A DNA stretch of 64,000 bases from the NCBI GenBank assembly GCA_002408085.1, contig DHQL01000013.1, positions 100,711 through 164,710 on the forward strand. Direction: 5' to 3'. The position numbers were made by a program, and so were the translations under genes. Position 1 is the first letter of the stretch. Every line of letters starts with the position of its first letter. This document shows, piece after piece, positions 19,489 to 30,331 of the stretch. The stretch comes from Spirochaeta sp. UBA5339 (GTDB lineage: Bacteria; Spirochaetota; Spirochaetia; DSM-2461). The notes under the pieces were generated by a model. The model was not told the DNA's origin, ran no database searches, and saw only the letters and a program-made list of their open reading frames with translations.

Positions 19489-20865
19489 ATGGAAGAGACC
19501 CGGAATGAAGATATTGCTGAACTTTGCAGAAGACAGAAAGAGTACTTTGCCGCTCATAGTACCCGAGACTATAATTTCAGAGTCCGTCAGCTGAAAAAGC
19601 TGAGGGATGTTATTATTAAATACGACCCAGCCATCAAAGATGCCCTTCGTAAAGACCTGCACAAGTCGCCGGAAGAGGTCTATCTGACGGAGATCAGTAT
19701 TGTACTGCAGGAGCTGAACTACCATATAAGGCATCTGAAAAAGTGGATGAGAACGGAGAAGGTGAAGACCCCTGTCCACCTCTGGCCCTCAAAGAGCAGG
19801 ATTGTGTCCGAACCCCTGGGCAGCTCTTTGATTATCGCTCCCTGGAACTATCCCTTCCAGCTTCTGATCAATCCTCTGGTGGGAGCTCTTTCTGCCGGTT
19901 GTACCGCCGTTCTCAAACCCTCTCCCTATGTTCCCAATATTTCAGGGCTAATGGAGAAGATGATTGCCGAAGCCTTCCCGCCGGAACTGGTAACCCTTGT
20001 ACAGGGAGGCAGGAATGTGAATTCTGCCCTCCTGGAGCAGCCCTTTGATATTATATTTTTCACAGGCAGTCCCGATCTGGGCCGGCTTGTGATGCATGCA
20101 GCAGCGGACAAGCTGATCCCGGTGGTTCTGGAGCTGGGGGGGAAGAGTCCCTGTATTGTGGACAGAGATGCGGATATAACCATTGCCGCCCGCAGGATCG
20201 CCTGGGGCAAGACCGTCAATGCCGGGCAGACCTGTATTGCACCTGACTATCTCTTTGTACATAAGGATGTGAAGGATGAACTGATTGCGGGAATCAGGGA
20301 CAATATCAACTCCATGTATGGTAAGGATACCCGGTCCAGTGATCACTTTCCCCGGATCGTCAATGAGAAGGCCTTTACCCGCCTTGAAAAACTGATGGAC
20401 CACGGCAGTATATTCAGCGGCGGAGAGAGGGACCGTGAGGCGAGGTATATCGCACCCACCATAATCGACGGTGTAAAACCCGAGTATCCCATTATGGGTG
20501 AGGAGATCTTCGGCCCTCTGCTCCCAGTAATGACCTTCTCGAAACTCAGGGAGGTTGAGGATTATGTGAACTCCCGTGAGAAGCCTCTGGCCCTCTACTT
20601 TTTCGGAGATGAGAAAAAGGGAAGGCAGCTGATGGAGAGGGTTCCCTTCGGCGGAGGGTGCATCAATGAAATCTTACTGCACATTGCCAACCACCATATG
20701 CCCTTCGGGGGTGTAGGGGGAAGCGGTCAGGGGCGTTACCACGGAAAGGAGAGTTTTACCGCCTTCAGTCACCGGAAGTCTGTTGTGATTGGTACCACTC
20801 TTCTGGATCTGCCCTTCAGGTATGCTCCCTTCAGGCAGTTTAAGCTGATCAGAAAGATCCTCTAG
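19489..20865 (+). CDS. Aldehyde dehydrogenase (class 3 / fatty aldehyde type)
   Basis: IAPWNYP, LKPS, FFTGS, LELGGKSP, NAGQTCIAPDY, EEIFGP, PFGGVGGSG; start chosen from the AGGAG SD. Confidence 0.92.
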   Translation: MEETRNEDIAELCRRQKEYFAAHSTRDYNFRVRQLKKLRDVIIKYDPAIKDALRKDLHKSPEEVYLTEISIVLQELNYHIRHLKKWMRTEKVKTPVHLWPSKSRIVSEPLGSSLIIAPWNYPFQLLINPLVGALSAGCTAVLKPSPYVPNISGLMEKMIAEAFPPELVTLVQGGRNVNSALLEQPFDIIFFTGSPDLGRLVMHAAADKLIPVVLELGGKSPCIVDRDADITIAARRIAWGKTVNAGQTCIAPDYLFVHKDVKDELIAGIRDNINSMYGKDTRSSDHFPRIVNEKAFTRLEKLMDHGSIFSGGERDREARYIAPTIIDGVKPEYPIMGEEIFGPLLPVMTFSKLREVEDYVNSREKPLALYFFGDEKKGRQLMERVPFGGGCINEILLHIANHHMPFGGVGGSGQGRYHGKESFTAFSHRKSVVIGTTLLDLPFRYAPFRQFKLIRKIL

Positions 20866-21539
20866 GCGTCTTCGCTGTACTCTTCGTCCATGTCCTGGGG
20901 AACAATCTCAACATACTGGTATTCCAGTTCCGGGTCCAGGGAGAGGGAGAAGGAGTAGCTGTTGTCATCCTCATCCCATGCCTGAATATCAAAATCGGTC
21001 TCTGTATCGTTACTGAAGAGAAGAACAGAGACCGAATCATCGGGCATAACGGTGGTCATACTGTCCAGAAAGTCTATGCCGTACATCTGTGAGTCTGCGG
21101 GTGATATAAAGAGAAAGTATATCTCCTTTCCTGTAGAGTTTACGATCTCAAGTCCTAATAGCATTTCTCCCAGGATATCCAGGTCAATTTCATCGGTTTT
21201 TGATGACTTGTTAATCACAATTACAGCAGCTTCACCATCGGTGATGGGTTCATCGTATATTTCATAGATATTTCCGAACTCATCAATACCCATAAAGTCG
21301 AAGCTGTTGGTCTCATCGGGGTAGGATATATAAAACTCCACGCTCTGTTTCGACATCAGTGTTCTTGAATCTCCCAGAACATCGGGACCCCAGTAACCGC
21401 TGTCTGAGGGGGAAAAGAAGAGGTAGAGGATCTCACCGGAGGTGTTATTACGGAACTCAATTGTATTGTAATACTCACTCTGTCCCCAGAGGGAGAATGC
21501 TGCCAGTATAAAAAGAGGTATCAGTATTGCTTTTCTCAT
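20862..21539 (-). CDS. Acidic secreted protein with two tandem copies of one domain
   Basis: Signal peptide; repeats NNTSGEILYLFFSPSDS..WGPDVL and NSTGKEIYFLFISPADS..YGIDFL. Confidence 0.75.
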   Translation of the reverse strand: MRKAILIPLFILAAFSLWGQSEYYNTIEFRNNTSGEILYLFFSPSDSGYWGPDVLGDSRTLMSKQSVEFYISYPDETNSFDFMGIDEFGNIYEIYDEPITDGEAAVIVINKSSKTDEIDLDILGEMLLGLEIVNSTGKEIYFLFISPADSQMYGIDFLDSMTTVMPDDSVSVLLFSNDTETDFDIQAWDEDDNSYSFSLSLDPELEYQYVEIVPQDMDEEYSEDA

Positions 21540-21628
21540 AATTCGGAACTCCTTACCTCTTAAGAATAGTTCATTCTTCCGGGAACTCCAAAGATTTCTT
21601 AATCTTCCGGAAGAGAGGTCCGGAGGAC

Positions 21629-23587
21629 TCAGCCCATCATCTCTTCCGAATTATCCTCTTCAATTGTAGCGATAAGATAGTTTTCAGAGAGCTGGAAGAA
21701 CTCTATCATCTGCCTCAGGCTGACAGCCTGACCGGTCAGTTCCTCGGATATGGAGGCCAGCTCCTCTGAGGATGAGGCGTTACTCTGAATGACCGAATCC
21801 AGCTGACTGATGGCCCGGGACACCTGTTCTGTTCCCTGTTCCTGCTCCCTGGTGGCCGCATTGATCTCCTGCACAAGAGAGGCGGTCCTCTGAATATCGG
21901 GAACAATCCGGGTAAAGAGTTCTCCCGCCTCTTCCGCCTTGATCAGACTGGACCTGCTGAGTTCATGGATTGACAGGGCTGCCTCCTGGCTCCTCTCGGC
22001 CAGCTTTCTTACTTCAAGGGCAACCACCGCAAAGCCCTTGCCCTGTTCACCGGCCCGAGCGGCTTCAATGGAGGCGTTCAGTGCCAGCAGGTTTGTGTTC
22101 CGGGCAATCTCTTCAATAATCGATATCTTCTCGGAGATCTCCCGCATCGCCTGCACTGTGTCTCTGACGGCGCTTCCCCCGTTTTCCACCTCTTTTGCCG
22201 TATTGACGGCTATCTCTTCGGTGGCTCTGGCGTTCTCTGCATTCTGGGCGATATTGGCCCCGATCTCTTCAATGGATGCGGAAACCTCTTCAACATTGGA
22301 TGCCTGCATCTGGGCTCCCTGAGAGAGCTGCTGTGCCGCTATGGTCATCTGCTGGCTTCCCGATTCCACATGCCGTGATGATGTGTTGATCTCCTCAATA
22401 ATATGTATCAGGTTTTCAACCATCTTTCGGATTGAGGCAAAGACACCGACAACCTTCTGTTTTTCACCGGCTTTTTGAATATCCAGTTTTCCGTTGGCAA
22501 CACTCTCGGCTATTTCGGCAATGACCGAAGGATCATCTCCCAGCTGGAAGAATATAAAGCGGCTGATAATAAGCGAGGCGGCCACCGCAAGCAGAAAGGT
22601 CAGCAGAACAACTATGCAATAGGTAATCAGCAGTCCCCTGAGGCTGTCTGCAATATCTTCTGTGAAGGAGAGGGTTCTCTCATCCTGCAGTTCTCCAAGG
22701 CTGTCGATGACCTCCCTCATGCTGTCGAAGGAGGCCCTTCCTTTTTCTCTTTCTTCTTCAATAAGACGCAGGGTCGTGAAGTTTGATCCGGCCAGTTCAA
22801 TGCTGTTCTGTGCATCCGAATACCAGCTGTTGTAGTACTCCTCAAACTCCCCGTAAAGGTCTTCAATCACAGTTCCTGAAAGTTCAACTCCCCGGCGGAT
22901 TCGGTCTTCGGTCTGGGCTGCGTTTTCCGAGAAAGATCCGCTGTAAAGCTCAAGATCATCCTCAGTTTCTGCTGAATCAAGCAGAAGCAGGGAGGTATAG
23001 GCCTGATAGGCATCCCTGTCTGCACTCAGAATATACTGAAGGGCGCTGCTCAGTGTCAGGCGCCTGTTAACCGATACTCCCTGCTGTTCTCCTTCCAGGA
23101 CTTCTGACATCCTGTCTATTACATCCCTCATCATACCGAATCCTTCCAGGGAACTGTTCAGCAGCTTCTGTCTGCGAAGCTCGTTTTCGGCAATGGCCAG
23201 GGTGTTGGTCTTTATCGCTTCGTTATGGGCGGTCCAGTCATTGTAGTAGTTCAGAAAGTCTTCGGATTCTAAGATCATCTTTTCAGAGTTCCGCAAGGCG
23301 GGGCCGGCAACCCTCTCCCTGGTCTGGATCTGGTTTTCTTCCATTGACTGGAAAATCGACTGCAGTTCAGATCTGTCGAAGTTCTGTATTGAGTTGTTCT
23401 CTGCAAGAAGTGCCTGATAGGCGTCTCTGTCCCCGTTGAGAATCAGGGCCCGGTCAGCCTGCATTTCGTTGAGCCGGGGAAGACTCTCTCCAATATTGCT
23501 GAATCCTCTGACTCCCAGTATAAACACAATGGACAGACCCAATACCGGTATAAGTACCAGAATAAATAGATTTGTTTTCAGTTTCAT
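21629..23587 (-). CDS. Methyl-accepting chemotaxis protein
   Basis: Two TM helices; signalling domain [30 protein letters not shown]; start MKLKTN with AAGGAGG SD. Confidence 0.93.
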   Translation of the reverse strand: MKLKTNLFILVLIPVLGLSIVFILGVRGFSNIGESLPRLNEMQADRALILNGDRDAYQALLAENNSIQNFDRSELQSIFQSMEENQIQTRERVAGPALRNSEKMILESEDFLNYYNDWTAHNEAIKTNTLAIAENELRRQKLLNSSLEGFGMMRDVIDRMSEVLEGEQQGVSVNRRLTLSSALQYILSADRDAYQAYTSLLLLDSAETEDDLELYSGSFSENAAQTEDRIRRGVELSGTVIEDLYGEFEEYYNSWYSDAQNSIELAGSNFTTLRLIEEEREKGRASFDSMREVIDSLGELQDERTLSFTEDIADSLRGLLITYCIVVLLTFLLAVAASLIISRFIFFQLGDDPSVIAEIAESVANGKLDIQKAGEKQKVVGVFASIRKMVENLIHIIEEINTSSRHVESGSQQMTIAAQQLSQGAQMQASNVEEVSASIEEIGANIAQNAENARATEEIAVNTAKEVENGGSAVRDTVQAMREISEKISIIEEIARNTNLLALNASIEAARAGEQGKGFAVVALEVRKLAERSQEAALSIHELSRSSLIKAEEAGELFTRIVPDIQRTASLVQEINAATREQEQGTEQVSRAISQLDSVIQSNASSSEELASISEELTGQAVSLRQMIEFFQLSENYLIATIEEDNSEEMMG

Positions 23588-23833
23588 ACAGCCTCCTTTA
23601 AACGGCATGTACAGTAAACTAATGTAGATTAATAGTTTAAGAGTGATCTGTTTTAAATGCAAGATTTACTATGTATAATTGAATGGACAGCCGGAAAATC
23701 GATTCAAGTGAGGAAGTGGAGGTATAAACTTCTCTGTCTCTATGGGAAATTGAATATCATATAACTTGATCTAGACCAGTTTTTGTAATATGTTAGAGCC
23801 GTCAATAAAATAAAACTTCCACAGGAATGGTAT

Positions 23834-24781
23834 ATGAACGAATCAGAAAAGAAAGCAACGCCCCTCATTCTGCAGAGGGCGGATCCCTGGATTCACAAAC
23901 ACAGCGATGGTTTTTATTACTTTATCGCATCAGTTCCCGAGTTTGACAGAATTGAACTCCGCCGTGCCGAATCAATCGAAGCCCTTGATGCTGCCGAAAC
24001 AAAGGTTCTCTGGACCAAAAGAGAGAGCGGTCCCATGAGCGCAAACATCTGGGCTCCCGAAATCCACTACCTTGAAGGAAAGTGGTATATCTACTTTGCG
24101 GCCACTTGGTCTGCCGAGCCCATAGGTGGAATCTTTGACCACAGAATATACGTTCTGGAGAACGAGTCCGCCAATCCCATGGAAGGGGAGTGGGTTGAAA
24201 AGGGACAGCTTAAGACCCATGCGGAGACATTCTGTCTTGACGCTACTACTCTGACACACAAGGGCAGGACATACCTGGTATGGGCACAAAAGGATATGGA
24301 GATCGAAGGAAACTCAAACCTCTATATCTGTCCCATGGCCAATCCCTGGACCCTGGAAGGGGAGCCTGTGATGCTGACCAAGCCCGAACTGGACTGGGAG
24401 ATTATCGGCTTCAAGGTAAACGAGGGACCCGCCTGTATCGTAAGAAACGGAAAGGTTATCATCGTATACTCAGCAAGCGCCACAGACTACAACTACTGTA
24501 TGGGTCTGATCTGGGCCGATGCGGATGCGGACCTCATGGACCCTGCCAGCTGGACCAAGAGTGAGAAACCCTGCATGACTACCAATGCGGACCTTGAGGT
24601 TTACGGACCCGGTCACAACTCCTTTACCACCGATAAGGATGGCAAGGACATCCTGGTCTACCATGCCAGACCCTACAGAGACGTTGATCTGGACAAGGCC
24701 CTGAGTGATCCCAACAGACACTGCTATGTGGCTCCCTTTGACTGGGATGACAACGGTCTGCCCCATTTCAGACACAAATAA
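23834..24781 (+). CDS. Glycoside hydrolase family 43 (arabinofuranosidase/xylosidase type)
   Basis: RADPWI, IWAPEIH, FCLDAT, VNEGP, YSAS, GPGHNSF, YHAR. Confidence 0.92.
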   Translation: MNESEKKATPLILQRADPWIHKHSDGFYYFIASVPEFDRIELRRAESIEALDAAETKVLWTKRESGPMSANIWAPEIHYLEGKWYIYFAATWSAEPIGGIFDHRIYVLENESANPMEGEWVEKGQLKTHAETFCLDATTLTHKGRTYLVWAQKDMEIEGNSNLYICPMANPWTLEGEPVMLTKPELDWEIIGFKVNEGPACIVRNGKVIIVYSASATDYNYCMGLIWADADADLMDPASWTKSEKPCMTTNADLEVYGPGHNSFTTDKDGKDILVYHARPYRDVDLDKALSDPNRHCYVAPFDWDDNGLPHFRHK

Positions 24782-24865
24782 TTTCTTTTTATCCGTGATC
24801 CCGACGGTCTTGGAAACCAGCTGGTGGAGCAGGCTGGCCGGTAAAGTTCCGGCCCTGGCAGAGAA

Positions 24866-25879
24866 TCAGATCCCCGCCAGGGTGCAGATGGTTTTCCACA
24901 CCTCATCATTGACAGGGATACCCTTCTCTATATTCTCTTTGCGGGTCAGGGCCGTCCGTTCTCCCGGATAGAAGACCTGTCCGCCTTCCCTGTCGGGCTC
25001 GCTGTTGTGGATCTGGTCGATTGTCTCTTCTACCGCAGAGGCCATCATGCCGCCGCTGCCGAGCTTTTCGGGATCAAAGGCGATGAATATCTGGGAACAT
25101 CCCCCGCAGTTGCCCGCCTTCTTTCTGTCAATTCCAGCTGTGGTAAGGCCGCCGGTCAGAATTGAGGCCACAAGATCCAGGAGGACCGCAAAGCCCGATC
25201 CCTTCCAGTATCCTGTGGGGAGAAGCCTGCGGCTCTCTTCGATGGGGCCGGGGTCGTCGGTGAGCTTTCCGTTTTTATCAAATCCTCCGGGGAAGGGGAG
25301 CTTCTCTCCCGCCTGCCGGGTCACTTCCAGTTTCCCGTAGGAGTACTGGCTCATGGCCATATCAAGAACCACAGGGGCATCACCGTTGGGAACCGCCATG
25401 ATCAGGGGATTGTTGCCGACACCGCCGGTAACAGCACCCCATGCGGGCATGCAGGTTTCGGTATTTGTCCAGCAGATGCCTATATAACCTTTTGAGGCGG
25501 CCAGGTGACCGTAGCTGCCGCCGCGCATCCAGTGAGTCGTATTTTTCAGAGCCACTATACCCATCCCCTGCTGAGAGGCCAGTTCCATGGCCCTCTCCAT
25601 ACAGAACAGAGCATTCAGAACTCCCGGTCCCATACGGCCGTCATAGTTTTCCATTACCCCCATCTGTCCGCAGAGTACAGGTTCCGCATCGGGATCGATC
25701 AGTTTGTCATTCAGATGGCGGGCAAAGTTGGCCACTCTGTTGGTTCCATGGGAGTAGACTCCGTCCCGGGAGGACTCCGTATGTATCCGTGCACAGGTTT
25801 CCGCCTTCTGTTCACTAAGCCCTGCCCTGATAAAGGCCTTTTTTATTGTATTTTTCATTTCATCAAACTGAACTCTCAC
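24866..25879 (-). CDS. yiaK: 2,3-diketo-L-gulonate reductase (Ldh_2 family)
   Basis: GVYSHG, NTTHWMRGGSYG, GICWTN, MPAWG, GNNP, DMAMSQYSYGKL, GYWKGSG, YPGE; GTG start overlaps the upstream stop. Confidence 0.88.
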   Translation of the reverse strand: MRVQFDEMKNTIKKAFIRAGLSEQKAETCARIHTESSRDGVYSHGTNRVANFARHLNDKLIDPDAEPVLCGQMGVMENYDGRMGPGVLNALFCMERAMELASQQGMGIVALKNTTHWMRGGSYGHLAASKGYIGICWTNTETCMPAWGAVTGGVGNNPLIMAVPNGDAPVVLDMAMSQYSYGKLEVTRQAGEKLPFPGGFDKNGKLTDDPGPIEESRRLLPTGYWKGSGFAVLLDLVASILTGGLTTAGIDRKKAGNCGGCSQIFIAFDPEKLGSGGMMASAVEETIDQIHNSEPDREGGQVFYPGERTALTRKENIEKGIPVNDEVWKTICTLAGI

Positions 25880-27495
25880 ATTTCCTCCGATGTTATTTCA
25901 TCAGCCGTTTCCCTTTTCGGAAAGGCGTTTTGTATCTTTGTACAATCGGCAAATTTCCCGTCACTGTCAATGCAGCTGCAGCGGTTTCGTCCCATGGCCT
26001 TGGAGTGATACATCGCCCTGTCAGCCTCCTTGAGTCCGTCTTCAAGAGCAGAGCCGGAACTGCCCAGTTCAGCGACTCCGATACTGATTGTCATTGTGAC
26101 TTTTCCACTCGAAGATTCCATTTCAAGGTTTTCAATGGATTCCCGGAGCCTTTCGGCTGCCTCAGCCGCTTCGGCAAGCCCCGTTTCCGGCAGAAGGACA
26201 ACGAACTCCTCACCTCCCCAGCGGGCAAAAAGATCGGCCTCTCTCAAGCTTTTTCGGCAGATCTTTACCATCTCTCTCATGATTCTGTCACCCATATCAT
26301 GGCCGAAGTTATCATTGATCTGCTTAAAATGATCAATATCAATCATAAAGAGACTCAAGGGGCTGCCGTAGCGGATGCCCCGATGAAGTTCCATCTCCGC
26401 CAGATGGCTGAAGTGTCTGCGGTTGTACAGGCCCGTAAGGGAGTCTGTGGAGGCAAAGTACTCCAGCTGATCCTCCAGCTGTTTCTGCCTGGTAACATCA
26501 CGGAATGAGAGGATTCTGCCCACATAGGCTCCCTTTCCGGAAACAATGGGAGATGTTCTGACATCATAGTAGAAACTCTCATCTCTTTTTTTCAGGTGAA
26601 GGGGATTCCTGCTGTCTCCTTCCAGGAGCCTGTCAGCCAGTTCCACCTCACAGAGTTCTGCAAATCCTTCACCTATCATATCCGGGCTGAGAAAATCAAA
26701 TATCTCCTCTGCCGCCGGATTGAAGTCAGTGACCCTCTGCTTTTCATCAAGCACCACAATTCCGTCACTCATATTCATAAAAGCCTGACCCCGGGCTATG
26801 GGCTGAAGGTTAAAGAGATGGTTTCTGTAGAAGGCCCAGATAAAACAGATAACTGTAACCGTATAGGCCAGAGTGGTGGGATCAAAATGCTTAACCGGGA
26901 AGGTCCCACTGATATAAAAGGCATTGAAAATCCACGGGACAAGGAGACCTGTCAGAATGGCCCAGTACTGGTTTTTGTAGTGGGACCTGGAGCTTTTCAG
27001 GGCCATAATGACCATGGACAGTCCTGCCAGCATCAATAGATAGGCATAAACTGACCAGGTTACAAAGAGGGGGCCGTAGGTTATGGAGAGAATTTTAATA
27101 CTTCCTGAATCTACCAGTGAAACGGAACTGTAAAAATTGTAGTGGTAAGGATTGGTCCAGACGGCAGTCACCGTCAGTACCGGTAGGATACTCAGCCATA
27201 TATAGCGCCTGCGGTTGAACCTTCCGGAAATTCCAAGGTGTTCCAGAACAAAGATCAGAAAGAATGTGGGAACCTGAACAATAAAAGGATACTGCAGGTA
27301 ACAGAGGACCACCCGGGTCTCAAGTTCGTACCCCATCCAGATCATTGCCTCCAGAAGTGCCCATGATGCGTTACTGGCCACAATAAAAAAGAGCGGCAGG
27401 GCTCCCCGGGATATCCTGTGTCGCAGAATATAGACTGCAAGAGCTGCATTAAGAAGAAATGTAATAAAGAAAGGGGACCAGTAGTGTAAATACAT
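25876..27495 (-). CDS. Diguanylate cyclase with 7TM (HisKA_7TM-like) sensor and PAS domain
   Basis: Seven hydrophobic helices with TNPYH and DPT motifs; PAS; TDSLTGLYNRR, DIDHFKQINDNFGHDMGD, RWGGEEF. Confidence 0.9.
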   Translation of the reverse strand: MYLHYWSPFFITFLLNAALAVYILRHRISRGALPLFFIVASNASWALLEAMIWMGYELETRVVLCYLQYPFIVQVPTFFLIFVLEHLGISGRFNRRRYIWLSILPVLTVTAVWTNPYHYNFYSSVSLVDSGSIKILSITYGPLFVTWSVYAYLLMLAGLSMVIMALKSSRSHYKNQYWAILTGLLVPWIFNAFYISGTFPVKHFDPTTLAYTVTVICFIWAFYRNHLFNLQPIARGQAFMNMSDGIVVLDEKQRVTDFNPAAEEIFDFLSPDMIGEGFAELCEVELADRLLEGDSRNPLHLKKRDESFYYDVRTSPIVSGKGAYVGRILSFRDVTRQKQLEDQLEYFASTDSLTGLYNRRHFSHLAEMELHRGIRYGSPLSLFMIDIDHFKQINDNFGHDMGDRIMREMVKICRKSLREADLFARWGGEEFVVLLPETGLAEAAEAAERLRESIENLEMESSSGKVTMTISIGVAELGSSGSALEDGLKEADRAMYHSKAMGRNRCSCIDSDGKFADCTKIQNAFPKRETADEITSEEM

Positions 27496-27618
27496 TCTTC
27501 TGCCATTTTAATAGAGAAGCTTGTGTTCAATAAAGGGGCTCCTCCGGCCTTTTTACGGTGGATGATAAAAGTTAATCCATTTTTGCATTCTCCTGATCTG
27601 CCGGATTATAATGATTAT

Positions 27619-28458
27619 ATGAAAAACAAACGAACTATTGCTCTTGCTGCTTTGGCAGCAATTCTGATGGTATCCTGCAGTTCTGCAGAGTCCTTCAACC
27701 TCTTTACTCTTAATGATGATATTACCTTCGGCAAACAGATGCATGAGGAAATCCTGGCCAATCCCGGGGAGTATCCTCTTCTTGACCGGACTGCCAGTGC
27801 GGAGAATGAAGCGGTCTATGCCTATGTGGAAGATATAATGTACCGCATCCTGGACTCCGGGAAAATTGAGAACAGGGATGCCTTTGAGTGGAAGCTGACC
27901 ATCATCGATGATGATGTGCTCAATGCCTTCGCGGCCCCGGGCGGATACCTCTACTTCTATACGGGGTTCCTGAAGTTTGCAGAGAGCGAAGCCGAGCTGG
28001 CGGGTGTTATGGCCCATGAGATTGCCCATGCCGACAGGCGGCACTCCACCCAGAAACTGACCAAGGTCTACGGCATTCAGGTCCTCTTGAGTCTGCTTGT
28101 GGATGAGAACTCCTCCACAATGAGTCAGATCCTGGCTCAGATGGCTTCAGGCGGTGGAAATCTTGCCTTTACCCGGGAGAACGAGTATGAGGCGGATGAG
28201 TACGCCATGAGGTATATGTACAGCATCTACGGCAGTTCCGACCGGAATTACAACCTTCTGTCCATGCAGGATTTCTTTAACCGTATGGAGGATGAGCTTG
28301 GAGTGGACGGTTCTGGAGACAGCCTTTCGGTCTTTCTGAGAACCCACCCCTATAATGATGACCGTGAGGATGCCATGACCGCCCTCTGGGAGAGCTTCGG
28401 CAGTCCCGATGGCGAGCGCTATGCCGAAAACCATAAGGCTTTCAAGGAGCTCCTTTAG
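27619..28458 (+). CDS. M48 family zinc metallopeptidase lipoprotein
   Basis: Lipobox MVSC; NAFAAPGG, HEIAH, EYEAD, THP motifs. Confidence 0.88.
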   Translation: MKNKRTIALAALAAILMVSCSSAESFNLFTLNDDITFGKQMHEEILANPGEYPLLDRTASAENEAVYAYVEDIMYRILDSGKIENRDAFEWKLTIIDDDVLNAFAAPGGYLYFYTGFLKFAESEAELAGVMAHEIAHADRRHSTQKLTKVYGIQVLLSLLVDENSSTMSQILAQMASGGGNLAFTRENEYEADEYAMRYMYSIYGSSDRNYNLLSMQDFFNRMEDELGVDGSGDSLSVFLRTHPYNDDREDAMTALWESFGSPDGERYAENHKAFKELL

Positions 28459-28576
28459 TTTCCGCTTATGGCGGCAGATACTGCCCGGTTTCAGGCTGAA
28501 ACTGCAATTTTCTACAATCCACAGTGCCCCTCTCTCCTGTATAAGTTGATCAGATGCTGCTTTGAAGGAGAAAATT

Positions 28577-28978
28577 ATGAAGTTTGTTATGATTGTAAAC
28601 AGTGATCTGGGTCCGGGGCTTGCGGCCAACAGCTGTACGGTTCTGGGGATCTCTCTGGGAAAGGCTTTTCCCGGGATGGTAGGTCCATCCTGCTCTGATG
28701 CAGACGGAACGGTCCATGAGGGAATTACAGAACACAATATTCCGGTTCTCTCTGCAGACTCAGAGAGGATCAGTCAGATTCATCGGCAGAGCAGACTGAA
28801 TGAGAATCTGCAGATTATAGCATTTAACAGAACCGCCCAGAGCTGCAGGAGTTATGATGAATACAGGGACAGGCTGTCGGTTCTGGGGACGGATAACCTG
28901 GATTTTTCGGGTATCTGTCTGGCCGGTAAACGAAAGCAGATAGACAGTCTGTGTGCTTCTCTTCCTCTCTACAGATAG
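28577..28978 (+). CDS. DUF2000 family (PTH2-fold) protein
   Basis: AAGGAG SD; GLAAN...LGISLG...DADG..H.GI...IPVL...AQ....YDEY...G.RKQID...SLPLYR. Confidence 0.75.
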   Translation: MKFVMIVNSDLGPGLAANSCTVLGISLGKAFPGMVGPSCSDADGTVHEGITEHNIPVLSADSERISQIHRQSRLNENLQIIAFNRTAQSCRSYDEYRDRLSVLGTDNLDFSGICLAGKRKQIDSLCASLPLYR

Positions 28979-29018
28979 ATATTTCACTTTTAACCACTGT
29001 AGATCAGGATGAAATACT

Positions 29019-29047
29019 TTGACTATAGATTTAATAAGTAGTATATT
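29019..29047 (+). promoter_or_regulatory. Sigma70-type promoter for the thioredoxin gene
   Basis: TTGACT-N17-TATATT. Confidence 0.55.
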
Positions 29048-29077
29048 CAAGAAAATATATATTAAAGAGGTTTCGAT

Positions 29078-29476
29078 TTGAATATACTGTCTTTTCTGAT
29101 TATTGCGGTTCTCGGATTCTTTGGCCTTCAGTACTTTATGATCTTCAAGACCCGGTTTAAAAAGGGTAAACCCGCACCCGAGCTGCCGGGGAAATACGGC
29201 AAGGCTGTAAATAACAGTAAAGCATCCCTCTTTTATTTCTACAGTCCCTCATGCGGCGCCTGCCGCAGCATGACTCCTCTGGTGGAGGGGTATACCAAGA
29301 ACAATCCCCGGTGCTTCAAGGTTGATATCTCAAAAGATATGGATACTGCCCGGGCCTTCGGCGTGATGGGAACTCCCTCGACTGTGGTTGTTGAAAACGG
29401 AATTATCAAAGACTTTATTGTCGGACCCAGGCCCGCCGGAGAGTTTACTCAGCTTCTTGAAATGACAAAATCCTGA
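29078..29476 (+). CDS. Membrane-anchored thioredoxin-family protein
   Basis: N-terminal TM; FYSPSCGACRSMTP; FGVMGTP cis-Pro motif. Confidence 0.85.
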   Translation: MNILSFLIIAVLGFFGLQYFMIFKTRFKKGKPAPELPGKYGKAVNNSKASLFYFYSPSCGACRSMTPLVEGYTKNNPRCFKVDISKDMDTARAFGVMGTPSTVVVENGIIKDFIVGPRPAGEFTQLLEMTKS

Positions 29477-29551
29477 TTGACATTTACCCGTTCTTCCCTG
29501 ACTCTTGATAGAGGATTGCCGTTTTCCGGATAACGGCAGGGGAGGAGAGCT

Positions 29552-30331
29552 GTGAACAGTACAATCGATCTTATCAACAGGAGAAAATCTCTCAGATCCT
29601 ACGGGTCTGAACAAGTCAGCCGGCAGACAAAGGATCTTATCCTTGACACCGCCCTAAGAGCTCCTACTGCCGGAAACATGATGCTCTACTCCATGCTGGA
29701 GATAGATGATCCTGTTCTTAAGGAGAAGCTTGCCGTCAGCTGCGACAACCAGCCCTTTATTGCCAGATCTCCCTTTGCGGTGATCTTTCTGGCGGACTAT
29801 CAGCGCACCTGGGACTACTTCAAAACCTGTGATGTGGAGGGCTACTGCCGGGAGCAGGGGAGGAGCCTCCGCCGGCCCGGTGAGGGGGACTTTCTTCTTG
29901 CCTGCAACGATGCCCTGATCGCCGCCCAGACTGCGGTGATTGCCGCCGAATCCCTGGGGCTGGGTTCCTGTTATATCGGCGATATTATGGAGAACTACGA
30001 GTATCACCGGGAGCTGCTGAAGCTTCCGGACTATGTCTTTCCCGTCACAATGGTCTGCTTCGGTCCTCCCGATGGAGCCCACAGCCGCAGGAGAGCGGTA
30101 TCCCGCTTTGAACGTGAGTTTATCCATCACACAGACAGTTACAGTTCTCTTGATTCCGATGACTTTGACAGGATGTACGCTCCCTGGCTGAGGGAGTGCG
30201 GCCCGGAGGGAGGATTCCGCTACGGAGCGGCAAATTTCGGCCAGCATATGTATGCCCGTAAATTCGACAGCGAGTTCAGCAGGGAGATGAGCCGTTCCGT
30301 CCGGGAGGCCCTGAAGCTATGGGAGTCGTAA
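29552..30331 (+). CDS. Nitroreductase / flavin reductase (NfsA-FRP family)
   Basis: RKSLRSY, APTAGNM, DALIAAQ...AAESLGLGSCYIG. Confidence 0.88.
   Translation: MNSTIDLINRRKSLRSYGSEQVSRQTKDLILDTALRAPTAGNMMLYSMLEIDDPVLKEKLAVSCDNQPFIARSPFAVIFLADYQRTWDYFKTCDVEGYCREQGRSLRRPGEGDFLLACNDALIAAQTAVIAAESLGLGSCYIGDIMENYEYHRELLKLPDYVFPVTMVCFGPPDGAHSRRRAVSRFEREFIHHTDSYSSLDSDDFDRMYAPWLRECGPEGGFRYGAANFGQHMYARKFDSEFSREMSRSVREALKLWES

Noticed and set aside
20862-20865. CTAG shared-stop overlaps of convergent genes (also 58152-58155)
   Set aside because: A common compaction pattern with no special implication
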